64,000 bases of DNA from positions 268,731-332,730 of IMG/VR virus record IMGVR_UViG_3300024999_000030, one strand, 5' to 3'. Positions 9,065-18,060 of the stretch are shown one piece after another. Within the stretch, counting starts at the first letter, position 1, and every line of letters starts with the position of its first letter. The notes under the pieces were generated by a model that made no database searches, was not told where the DNA came from, and worked only from the letters and a program-made list of their open reading frames with translations. Position numbers and translations under genes: made by a program.

Positions 9065-9695
9065 AAAATTAGTAGACGAAATAAAAAAAGAAACAGATAT
9101 CCTCAAGCTTGTAGAAGACTTGGGGCTTAGTGTTATTAAGTCTGCGGGTGATCGATGGATTACCCATTGTTTATTTCATGACGAACGGACTCCCAGTATG
9201 ACCCTATACAGGGAGTCAAATAGTTTTTATTGTTATGGGTGCACAGAAAGTGGTGATGTAATATCTTTACTGCAAAAAGCAAAGAACCTCTCATTTATGA
9301 ATGCTGTTAAATTTTTAGCCGAGAGAGGCGGCATAGATTTAGAATTCTCTAAAAAAGCCACGTTCAATTGGGACGGATACGGCGAATACTCTGAAGAGCC
9401 CGGTACCGCGCTCGACTACGAAGACATGTTTACTTTTGTTGCCATAGAAACTCGCAAGCTCATACAGCAAATCAAACAGACTTTCACAGAAGAATCTGTG
9501 GAGTTTAGCGAGGCTATGTCTTCGATGGAGAGTATTTACCAGAAGTTTGACAACGCCGATATGATTGGTGTAAAGACGATGGCACTCTCTCAGCTTGAAG
9601 ACTTAGCAAACGAGCTAAGGGAGATATTAAATGAAAGTGGGAGTAATCGGGGACATTCACCTCGGGGCATCGTATCACTTCGGACACACTCTTAA
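9030..9695 (+). CDS. Stand-alone CHC2 zinc-finger protein (DnaG primase zinc-binding domain plus acidic helical tail)
   Basis: CLFHDERTPSM...FYCYGC...GDVISLLQ...LSFMNAVKFLA. No TOPRIM domain follows. Confidence 0.85.
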   Translation: MSDQPKKSKLDKKLVDEIKKETDILKLVEDLGLSVIKSAGDRWITHCLFHDERTPSMTLYRESNSFYCYGCTESGDVISLLQKAKNLSFMNAVKFLAERGGIDLEFSKKATFNWDGYGEYSEEPGTALDYEDMFTFVAIETRKLIQQIKQTFTEESVEFSEAMSSMESIYQKFDNADMIGVKTMALSQLEDLANELREILNESGSNRGHSPRGIVSLRTHS

Positions 9696-10812
9696 AGATG
9701 GACTTAATTCCAGATTAACGGATTTCCGAAAAACTTTGGCGTTTTGTATCGATAAGGCTGGTGAGTTTGAAGCGAAGATAGTGGTTCTTGCAGGTGACTT
9801 ATTTAGAAATTCTAAACCAGGAACATTTGAACAAGATGCTTTGTGGGAAGAATTAAAACGTGGATACAAAGTGTATGGAATACAATATGTTATCGTGGCG
9901 GGTAATCATGATATGCCATCATATTGTCGTAAAACAATTAGCACCGTAGCTCACAACATCAATGATAATAGTTATATTACAGCTGTTGATACAATCCAAT
10001 CAATTGATTTTATAGATGACTTTAGTATTGTTGCTATTCCATTTTATAACAAAGTAACTGAAAAAATGAGTAGTACAGAAGATGTATTAGCAAAAATAAA
10101 ATCAGAGTTATCTATTTTAAAAACAAACAAGAAAACATTAGCAATATGGCATTGTATCTCAGAGGGAACTATGTTGGGTGATTTTGTTGGTATGGAAGTT
10201 GATGCCCTCAATGAACCAGTAATTCCACTAACCCTTAGTAAACAATACGATATTTCTGTCTTTGGACATGTGCATAGACATAGTGTTATAGCGAAGGGAA
10301 AGAAGTTTGTAATTAATATTGGATCCATGGAAGTTAATGATTTTACTGATTCAGATCAAAATAAGTGGATGATATTATTAGATACGACAGACATGAAACC
10401 ACAGTTTGTTCAGCTTCCAGTAATTAAAGCAACCACTTTACATCTTACATCTTTTGCTTCTATTCTTCCAGATATGGAAGAAACAATTAAAAAAGAGGAC
10501 GTAGAAAATAAAATAGTTAGAATTATAATAGAAACTAATGAAGACGCCCTTAGAACATATAGTGAACAGTTAGCTAAAGAACACATAGAGACACAATTAG
10601 GTGCATATAAATATATGGGGGCTACATTTAAAATAAAATCAGAAGATGAAAAAAATATCAATGTAGATGTTTCTTCGACCCTATCTGCTAGTGGCTCTAT
10701 ATTGTCTCACATAAGAACGTTCTTGGAGGGCCATGATAAAGAACTTATTGATGAGACTATTTCTTATGTTAAAGGCATCCTATCTCAAATTGAAACTCTA
10801 AACGAGGACTAA
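9631..10812 (+). CDS. sbcD: SbcD/Mre11-like metallophosphoesterase nuclease
   Basis: GDIHLG, AGDLF, AGNHD, WH, FGHVH motifs. Directly upstream of the SMC-like ATPase. Confidence 0.9.
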   Translation: MKVGVIGDIHLGASYHFGHTLKDGLNSRLTDFRKTLAFCIDKAGEFEAKIVVLAGDLFRNSKPGTFEQDALWEELKRGYKVYGIQYVIVAGNHDMPSYCRKTISTVAHNINDNSYITAVDTIQSIDFIDDFSIVAIPFYNKVTEKMSSTEDVLAKIKSELSILKTNKKTLAIWHCISEGTMLGDFVGMEVDALNEPVIPLTLSKQYDISVFGHVHRHSVIAKGKKFVINIGSMEVNDFTDSDQNKWMILLDTTDMKPQFVQLPVIKATTLHLTSFASILPDMEETIKKEDVENKIVRIIIETNEDALRTYSEQLAKEHIETQLGAYKYMGATFKIKSEDEKNINVDVSSTLSASGSILSHIRTFLEGHDKELIDETISYVKGILSQIETLNED

Positions 10813-10813
10813 C

Positions 10814-12964
10814 ATGAGACTAATATATCTTGAAATGACAGACTTTATGGCCTATCACCAGCAAAAAATAACATTCAATGAAAACGGATGCTATGTTATT
10901 TTAGGCAGGAATGTAGACCGATATGGAAAATCAAACGGCGTGGGTAAGAGTGCCATCTTTGTGGCTATCTATGCCGCATTATATAATCAGATTCGTGGTA
11001 AAACTTTAGCTCAGGCTATTCACGCAGGTGCAAAGGGATATAAACTTGAGTTGGTATTACAATCTACAGATGGAACATATTATCAGATTCTTAGAAGTCG
11101 TAGAAAGGATGGAACTTCTACAACATTTTTATTTTCGGATAAAACTGGGGAGTTCAAAGAAGACATAAGAATAGACTTAACGTGCCACGATCAAGATGAT
11201 ACACAAGAAAGAATAAATTCTTTATTAAAAATGAATGCAAAGTCTTTTAGTCATTCAGTATATTTTAAAGAGGATATGGCCTCAGCTTTTGCAAGGGCTA
11301 AAAAGGGAGAAAGATTTGAACTAATAAAAAATTCATTACAGATCGATCAATATGATAAGATAGTTAAAATAGCTAAGGTTGAATTAGATAAAATCAATAT
11401 CAGCGTGTCAGAAATATCAAGTTATGTTGTTGCTGCTGAATCTGGTTTAGCTGATATAGATAATAAACTCATTCAACAAAACATCCACAAAAACGATTTA
11501 GATACATATTATGCTAGCCTTTCAGAAATAGATTCTAAGTTAGCTGAAATTGCTGCTATAAAAATTGGAGTATCTGATTTAGAACAAATGAGGGTGACAT
11601 GTACTAATAAAGTAAAAGCAGCTCAAACAAATTTAGAATCCTCAAATAATAGATTCAATGATTTAAATAGAAAAATTAATGAAGCCAATATTAAATTAGA
11701 AGAATATAGAGGGGACCTTGCTAAACTTAGAATACATTATAAGACATTGTTTGATAATAAGAAAACTATTTCAATTCTTCCAGATGAAGAAGTTTCTAAA
11801 TTAAATGAAGCAATTGCAGTATGTAAGGCTGATATCAAACAGAATCAGGGGACAATAGAATCTTCCAATGAAATGATTATAGCTTTAGGAAAAACCAAAG
11901 GAACCTGTTGCCCTACATGTACAAGTACATTAGATAATAAAAAAAGAAATATACTGATTGATATTGCTAATAAAAATATAGAATCAGCTCATATGTCAAA
12001 TGCAGTTTCAAATAAGAAAATGAATGACTATAACATATTAATTCACGGCAACAATATAAATCTTGGTAAACTTAATGATACTATTAAACAACTTGATCAA
12101 CTCACTGCAAAAGGTAATTCCATTAAAGAAGCCGGAGAGGGATTAAAGAGTATTATATCTTCCCTTCAACCAGAATTAAATGTGGCAGCAAAGCATGTTC
12201 AAGATTATACAGAACAACTTACAAATGCTACAATTGAGTCGACGGGTGTTGAACAACAAATATCTTTAAAATATGACGATAAGATAGAATCACTTTTAAG
12301 TACACAGAAGCAGGAACTACTATCTCACATAGCCACTAGCAATCAAAAGATGGGTATTCTTGTGGAGTCTATTAGGGGTATTAGGGAATCCACTAAAGAC
12401 ATTGGTGCCAAGCAAGAAGCTTTATCAGCATTAAACACAAAGAAAATTGTTGTGGAAAATGTAATCGATAGTTGTTCTAAGAAAGGAGGTATACCATCCA
12501 TACTAATTGGTCAAGCATTAAAAGAAATTGAAAAATATGCGAATCAAGCTTTATCAAGTTTTGATGATTATGATACTTTATCTATTAAGTTTATAACATC
12601 TAAACCAGATGAAATAGACATTATGGTTAGAAAGGACCCAGAGTCTGACTTCAGAGAGTTTGATACATTTTCTGGAGCCGAAAGGTTTATTGTTTCATTT
12701 GCGATAAGAATGGCTATGTCTGAAATTCTATCACATAAATATGGCTCAGACCTTAAATTTATTTTATTAGATGAGGCAGGAACAGCTTTAGATGAATACA
12801 ACATGGGTTTGTTTGCTAATATGCTTAAGAGAATGTCTACAGATAAGTTAGTGTTATGTATCACACACCAAAGAGAGCTTAAAGATCATATTCCACAAAC
12901 GATTTTAGTTAAAAGAAGTGGGGGTAAATCAGAGATAGTGGTCAACAATAAGGAGGAAGTTTAA
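10814..12964 (+). CDS. sbcC: SbcC/Rad50-like SMC ATPase
   Basis: Walker A GKSNGVGKS, long coiled coil with CPTC zinc hook, signature FSGAE, Walker B LLDEAG, H-loop ITHQ. Confidence 0.92.
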   Translation: MRLIYLEMTDFMAYHQQKITFNENGCYVILGRNVDRYGKSNGVGKSAIFVAIYAALYNQIRGKTLAQAIHAGAKGYKLELVLQSTDGTYYQILRSRRKDGTSTTFLFSDKTGEFKEDIRIDLTCHDQDDTQERINSLLKMNAKSFSHSVYFKEDMASAFARAKKGERFELIKNSLQIDQYDKIVKIAKVELDKINISVSEISSYVVAAESGLADIDNKLIQQNIHKNDLDTYYASLSEIDSKLAEIAAIKIGVSDLEQMRVTCTNKVKAAQTNLESSNNRFNDLNRKINEANIKLEEYRGDLAKLRIHYKTLFDNKKTISILPDEEVSKLNEAIAVCKADIKQNQGTIESSNEMIIALGKTKGTCCPTCTSTLDNKKRNILIDIANKNIESAHMSNAVSNKKMNDYNILIHGNNINLGKLNDTIKQLDQLTAKGNSIKEAGEGLKSIISSLQPELNVAAKHVQDYTEQLTNATIESTGVEQQISLKYDDKIESLLSTQKQELLSHIATSNQKMGILVESIRGIRESTKDIGAKQEALSALNTKKIVVENVIDSCSKKGGIPSILIGQALKEIEKYANQALSSFDDYDTLSIKFITSKPDEIDIMVRKDPESDFREFDTFSGAERFIVSFAIRMAMSEILSHKYGSDLKFILLDEAGTALDEYNMGLFANMLKRMSTDKLVLCITHQRELKDHIPQTILVKRSGGKSEIVVNNKEEV

Positions 12965-12968
12965 TTGA

Positions 12969-12977
12969 CTATTAATA
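12969..12977 (+). promoter_or_regulatory. CTATTAATA motif (candidate late promoter)
   Basis: Exact motif in the gap after sbcC, heading the 13021-21565 operon. Confidence 0.55.
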
Positions 12978-13020
12978 AAGTTTCCTCCATATGGCGTATC
13001 ACTATGCCTGAGGAGATACT

Positions 13021-13629
13021 ATGACAATCTATATTTCTAGAATCCCTCTTACTGATGAAGAGATAGAAGAGAGAAGGACAGAAGAGGCCGCGTTAGCGGG
13101 GGTAAGAAGCCAGCACTGTGCTTGTGCTTCTCCTAAACCAGATGCCTGTGATGTAGCTTATGACGCCTGTGGAACCCCATTGTATACGATTACCGCTACC
13201 GAAAGAGATCCATATTACATAGATGATTTAGCTAAAGCAGTTCAAAATGGAAATGGCAGAAATACAATCAGAGTTACTGTAGATGGAAACATTCCCATTA
13301 TTAGAAATGTGGGGCACAAAGGATTTGTTTATCCAGGATATGACGGCATTCCAGATAGTGTTAGGAGTGATCACGCATTTAGATATTTAGCAGACGAGCC
13401 TGTAAACGTAGTGTCCACAATACCACAATACGACGGACTTAAGAGAGTGGTTGGGGTGATAGAAAGATCACAAGAATTTGCTAGGTGGTTTATTATTGAA
13501 TCAGAAATTCAAAGCACACCACCTCCAGCTAGATTAACACCCGCGTATTTCCCAAGAGGGAGAGGAGCAGCACCGTGGTGGAAGACCCAGTATCCTAACG
13601 GGTCACCGTCATCGGGCACAACAACATGA
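13021..13629 (+). CDS. Hypothetical protein (202 aa), Cys/Pro-rich
   Basis: GAGGAG RBS. HCAC...C...C cluster; no recognisable family. Confidence 0.75.
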   Translation: MTIYISRIPLTDEEIEERRTEEAALAGVRSQHCACASPKPDACDVAYDACGTPLYTITATERDPYYIDDLAKAVQNGNGRNTIRVTVDGNIPIIRNVGHKGFVYPGYDGIPDSVRSDHAFRYLADEPVNVVSTIPQYDGLKRVVGVIERSQEFARWFIIESEIQSTPPPARLTPAYFPRGRGAAPWWKTQYPNGSPSSGTTT

Positions 13630-14441
13630 TTGATAAAATTAAGAAAGAAAGATTATCATACTCAAAGATAGATTGTTATAAACAATGTCCTTTTAAATAT
13701 AAAAAGATACACATTGATAAGGATGTACCATTTAAAGAATCTATTGCCGTTAGATATGGACAATTTTTACATGGTATTCTTGAGGACTTAGGTAAGGCAA
13801 TCAAGGACAATGATAATGAGTTTCCAGATAATGTAAATGATATAGTATCTAAGTCTTGGAAAAAATATAAGTCGGCACAGAAGATTTTTGATGGTGCATT
13901 AATTAAAGAGGCTGTAGATATCATACATAACGTTGGTAAAAAATTTAGAGCTACGCCTGATGAAAAAATAGTTGAAGTCGAAAAATCATTCAAAATGGAT
14001 TTGGATGATAAATATTATATCCAGGGTAAAATTGATCAGGTTCTTAAAGTGGGAGATAGGTATTTAATTAGGGATTATAAAACAAATGCAGATACTAAAT
14101 ACTTATTAGCTGATCAATTACAACTTAAAATATATGCTATGGCATATAGTAGATTAAATAATATCCCGGCAGATAAGATTGATTGCAGTTATCTTATGTT
14201 AAGAATTGATTGCCAGGAACCTAAATCTAGTTTTGAACAAAAAGATATCGATGAAACAGAAATTTATTTAAAAACAATTATTAGGGAAATGGAAGTATCT
14301 AGATCCACAGGGACATATAAATGTGTAACTGGGGGTTTATGTCCATGGTGTCCTGTATTTGAAAACTGTCCTACAGCTAGTAAAAATCCTAGGTTCTTAA
14401 CTAAGCGAGCTGAATTAAGGAGCCTTGGTAAGGTAGATTAA
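13626..14441 (+). CDS. PD-(D/E)XK exonuclease (RecB/AddB/Cas4-like, probable Fe-S staple)
   Basis: SYSKIDCYKQCPFKY, HGILE, VEVEKSF, GKIDQV, RDYKT, QLKIYA, and C-terminal CPWC...C. Confidence 0.88.
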   Translation: MIDKIKKERLSYSKIDCYKQCPFKYKKIHIDKDVPFKESIAVRYGQFLHGILEDLGKAIKDNDNEFPDNVNDIVSKSWKKYKSAQKIFDGALIKEAVDIIHNVGKKFRATPDEKIVEVEKSFKMDLDDKYYIQGKIDQVLKVGDRYLIRDYKTNADTKYLLADQLQLKIYAMAYSRLNNIPADKIDCSYLMLRIDCQEPKSSFEQKDIDETEIYLKTIIREMEVSRSTGTYKCVTGGLCPWCPVFENCPTASKNPRFLTKRAELRSLGKVD

Positions 14442-17371
14442 TGAGACTCTACAAGTATTCCGATGATAACAAAAATGTTAATGAAGAAACTAAAGATGGT
14501 CTAGAAGAATCAAAACCTCAATCTTCATCAACAATCCCAGAGATAGAGCCTGGGGAAAATGATGAAATGATTGGGATACTTGTAGAGAGTTTTGCCGATA
14601 CTCTTATATCTTCTTTATGGTCAGATGATTTTCCAATTCCACTATCGGAATTGACGCATCACATAGGACAATTAGGAGAAAATAATTTTATAAGGTCCAT
14701 GGAAAATATTAGGACCTTTTTAAGTAAAATTGGGGCTTTTAAATATGAGGTGCCAATCAACAACAAGGAAGATGCCCTCCAATATATACAATCGTTTTCC
14801 CCTCAGATTAAAGATTTAGGTAAGTCACATGCGATGGCACTGTTACAATTACTTGGTATTAGCGGAAGTAGACCAGAGGAAATCTCATTAGAAACCCCTA
14901 TTGGTAGCCCATCAGCTAAAGGCGAAGAAGGTCGTCCAACTCTAGGTGGGACACTTACAGATAAAAATACACCTCTTAGTGAGTTATTAGATAAAGAAAC
15001 CTATGTAGATAATTTATCTAGGATAAAAGATGTTTATGAAGAAATAGAAAATTTAGATCAGTTGTCACCAGAGGAAGCAGATACAAAACGCGGTCAATTA
15101 CTTACACAATTAAAATCAATTGAAAAATCTTTTTCAGCTTTTGATGTGCCAGAACAAGTAGAAAAAAAAGTAGAACAGCTGTCTATTAAATTACAATCGT
15201 CAAACGCTTTTCAAAGTAGAGTAGAAGAACTTAAGGATAAATATGGTTTAGTGGATATGAAAGATCCTAAAATTTTAGCGTATGCTGCTCAGTTAGATAG
15301 GATGCCACCGATTAAACCAGGTGAGTTTAAAGAGGGGTTTCCAGTTGTTGACTTGTCTACTATTCCAGATATAGCTAAGACTGGCGCCAGCGACATAGCA
15401 AAGTTTTTATTGATAGCTAGATTATCAGAGTCTAAAGTCTTCTTAACGAGAAATCAAAATTCTGGTAGTCCGGTTGGTGGAGGAATGGCCACAAAGTGGC
15501 CCACTACTATATCTGGAACAGATACATTTATGGACCATAGATTTTCATCTAAGAAAGCATTCGTGAATTATTCTGGAAATATTAGCTCATTAAGTTCAGA
15601 AGAGTTTAGTAAAATATTAGATAAATATTTAGGGGGGGCAGAGAAAGCCGGTTCGGGTAGACAAACTTCTTATACATGGCCCATGGTGTTTAGTCAGGCC
15701 TTAGGGTCCTTTATAGGTATGCCCGAAGAAGCTATGTTAAACCTTGGTGCAGAATTAGCAGACGCAATAGAGACTGAAGATAAATCTCAAATTAAAGCTG
15801 TGTTATCAAAATATAAATATAATTCATATGGAGTATTAACAGATACTTCTCATGACTCTTTATCTAAAAATAATTATACTTTTAGTTCTATTTGTACTCC
15901 AACTCAAATGGTAAAGTCTTTAGCGGAAGCTAAGGGAACTAATGCTGAAACAATCCATGAAGAAATGAAAGGTCTTTTACCGAATAGTAAAACGCTTCAG
16001 GGGGCTATAGGACAACCAGTATTTGATAATAGAATGCCAATCATTCCAATGCCCCCAGAGGCACTAGTGGCCATTGCTTTCTATGTTGTGAGGTTATTTA
16101 TAGCCACATGTAGAGCTAATGTAATATCAACAATAGAAGAATATAATTCTAATGAAAAAGTTCAATCAGATATAGAATCTGTTATTAATAATTTAATGGA
16201 TAATTTAAATTCATCTTTAGATTCATCTGGCGATTTTCGTTTATCTGGTGTGACTAAAGCATTTACGAGACCTATTATACAAACCACTAAGCTTCAAAAT
16301 TTTGGGGTATCGGTGGATAAACTTAAATCATTAGCAATGGAAGGTATTAAATTATCATTGCAAAGTGGAGCATTATTATCTTCATCGGAAGCCTCATTCG
16401 ATTTTAAAAAACAGTCGTCATTTAATAGAGAGGCAATTTATAATATTGCCACTACTTTATCTAAAGCCACATTAGATAGTATCCAAGTTGGGGATAAAAC
16501 CATCCCGACCAATATGACTAGTGTAACTTCTGGAACTCGTCTTACGGATTTTAGTTCCAGAAGATTATTAGATGTAGAAAAAGCCGAACAGCATGGTAGA
16601 TATTCATTATCTCAGCCCGAGCAAATTAAAGCAAGCACATCTGAAACTGTTCGTAGATCTATGGGTAGAATGTCAAGTCTTGTTGATAATTGTAATCTAG
16701 TATCTATCATTGGAGTGGAACAAAGCGAAGATGCCACTGTATTTGCCATTCGGTCTAACTCTAGTCCCGTAATACAAAATGGCGGTAAGGGAGCAAAGAT
16801 TACTATCTATACAAATACGGATGGAAAAAGAGAAGAGGTATTATCTTCCACAACTGATAGAATTTCAGTTAAACCATCAATTGGGGACGATAGTGGTAGG
16901 CTGGCATACAAGTTGTTTATATCACCAGCAGTTGATTTTTCTATGGAAGACTTTGATTATGAGCTTAGTATAGGTCAAGAAATTATGTATCAAGCTAGAT
17001 TAGCCACTGAGAAAAACACTCTTGATGTTTGGATTAGAGAAGTTAACAAAGAATTATTTAAGTTTAATGAAATGAAGTCTGAAATGATTCAAGCTATTTC
17101 TTCTAATAATTTATCAAGGGCTATGGAAGTTATGAGAATTAATGAGCTATCTTTAAGGGTGGACCTAAATAGATTTAAAACACTTAATTCAGATTACAAA
17201 TCTATTGTAGATTCTGTAATGAATAAAATTAAAGATAAAGAAGACGTAGATGCATATTCTATTTTTATAAAAGATTATGTATTTAAATGTATAGTGGCTA
17301 TTAATCAAATCAGAACTCAAATTGTTGATTTTAAAAAACAAGCAGCTATTATTCTTGGGGTGGGTAAATGA
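14441..17371 (+). CDS. Large hypothetical protein (976 aa), candidate virion/internal protein
   Basis: Long ORF coupled at both ends (TAATG, ATGA), with an acidic N-terminus after MRLYKYS. No domain recognised. Confidence 0.8.
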   Translation: MRLYKYSDDNKNVNEETKDGLEESKPQSSSTIPEIEPGENDEMIGILVESFADTLISSLWSDDFPIPLSELTHHIGQLGENNFIRSMENIRTFLSKIGAFKYEVPINNKEDALQYIQSFSPQIKDLGKSHAMALLQLLGISGSRPEEISLETPIGSPSAKGEEGRPTLGGTLTDKNTPLSELLDKETYVDNLSRIKDVYEEIENLDQLSPEEADTKRGQLLTQLKSIEKSFSAFDVPEQVEKKVEQLSIKLQSSNAFQSRVEELKDKYGLVDMKDPKILAYAAQLDRMPPIKPGEFKEGFPVVDLSTIPDIAKTGASDIAKFLLIARLSESKVFLTRNQNSGSPVGGGMATKWPTTISGTDTFMDHRFSSKKAFVNYSGNISSLSSEEFSKILDKYLGGAEKAGSGRQTSYTWPMVFSQALGSFIGMPEEAMLNLGAELADAIETEDKSQIKAVLSKYKYNSYGVLTDTSHDSLSKNNYTFSSICTPTQMVKSLAEAKGTNAETIHEEMKGLLPNSKTLQGAIGQPVFDNRMPIIPMPPEALVAIAFYVVRLFIATCRANVISTIEEYNSNEKVQSDIESVINNLMDNLNSSLDSSGDFRLSGVTKAFTRPIIQTTKLQNFGVSVDKLKSLAMEGIKLSLQSGALLSSSEASFDFKKQSSFNREAIYNIATTLSKATLDSIQVGDKTIPTNMTSVTSGTRLTDFSSRRLLDVEKAEQHGRYSLSQPEQIKASTSETVRRSMGRMSSLVDNCNLVSIIGVEQSEDATVFAIRSNSSPVIQNGGKGAKITIYTNTDGKREEVLSSTTDRISVKPSIGDDSGRLAYKLFISPAVDFSMEDFDYELSIGQEIMYQARLATEKNTLDVWIREVNKELFKFNEMKSEMIQAISSNNLSRAMEVMRINELSLRVDLNRFKTLNSDYKSIVDSVMNKIKDKEDVDAYSIFIKDYVFKCIVAINQIRTQIVDFKKQAAIILGVGK

Positions 17372-18060
17372 AAGAGTTTGCATATGTAGTTTCCAGACTC
17401 AAAACAGCCGCTCAACAAACCGGTGAAACTTGCTATATAGTTGGTGGAGCCGTGAGAGATATAATATCTCTTAAGAAGATTAAGGATGTTGATACGGTGG
17501 TGGCAATAAATCCTGAAAAATTTGCCTCAGCATTAGCCTCTACAACGGAGGGAGCAACCGCAGAAGAGGTTCATGCTCCATTTCCATTGTGGTCAGTGGA
17601 TATTAGCGACGTGTCTGTAGATGTAGTTGGGTTAAGAGGAAAGAGTCTTCAAGAAGATATTCAACATAGAAATTTTACTATCAATACAATATACTATGAC
17701 GTAGTAAGAGATAGGTTTGAAGATCCAACTGGAAAAGGGTTTACTGATCTTTATAATGGAGTAATTAATACTGTTACTCCAGATTCTTTTGTTTTTTTTA
17801 GTTCTAGTCCACATGAAATTAATAGCATATTTATAGCAATAAGATTAGTAGCGGATTCCGGATTTAAATTAAGTGAACAATTAAAAAGCGGAATTAGGAA
17901 AGCCTTAGAGCATGGCCTCATTCCCGCTGAGTTATCTAAGAGATCTAAAAAGGAAATACTAAGAACTAGGCTTTCACATAATTTTAAGACCAAAGCTCTC
18001 CCCATAATTGAAGAGCTTGGTTTGGAGCATTTTTATGAAGCTGCCGCTGTTTCTCCATAA
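17368..18060 (+). CDS. Short class II tRNA nucleotidyltransferase/poly(A) polymerase-family head domain (divergent)
   Basis: YIVGGAVRD...DVD, EDIQHRNFTIN (canonical RRDFTIN), DPTGKGFTDL. Lacks the flexible loop and a clear EDxxR. Confidence 0.8.
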   Translation: MKEFAYVVSRLKTAAQQTGETCYIVGGAVRDIISLKKIKDVDTVVAINPEKFASALASTTEGATAEEVHAPFPLWSVDISDVSVDVVGLRGKSLQEDIQHRNFTINTIYYDVVRDRFEDPTGKGFTDLYNGVINTVTPDSFVFFSSSPHEINSIFIAIRLVADSGFKLSEQLKSGIRKALEHGLIPAELSKRSKKEILRTRLSHNFKTKALPIIEELGLEHFYEAAAVSP

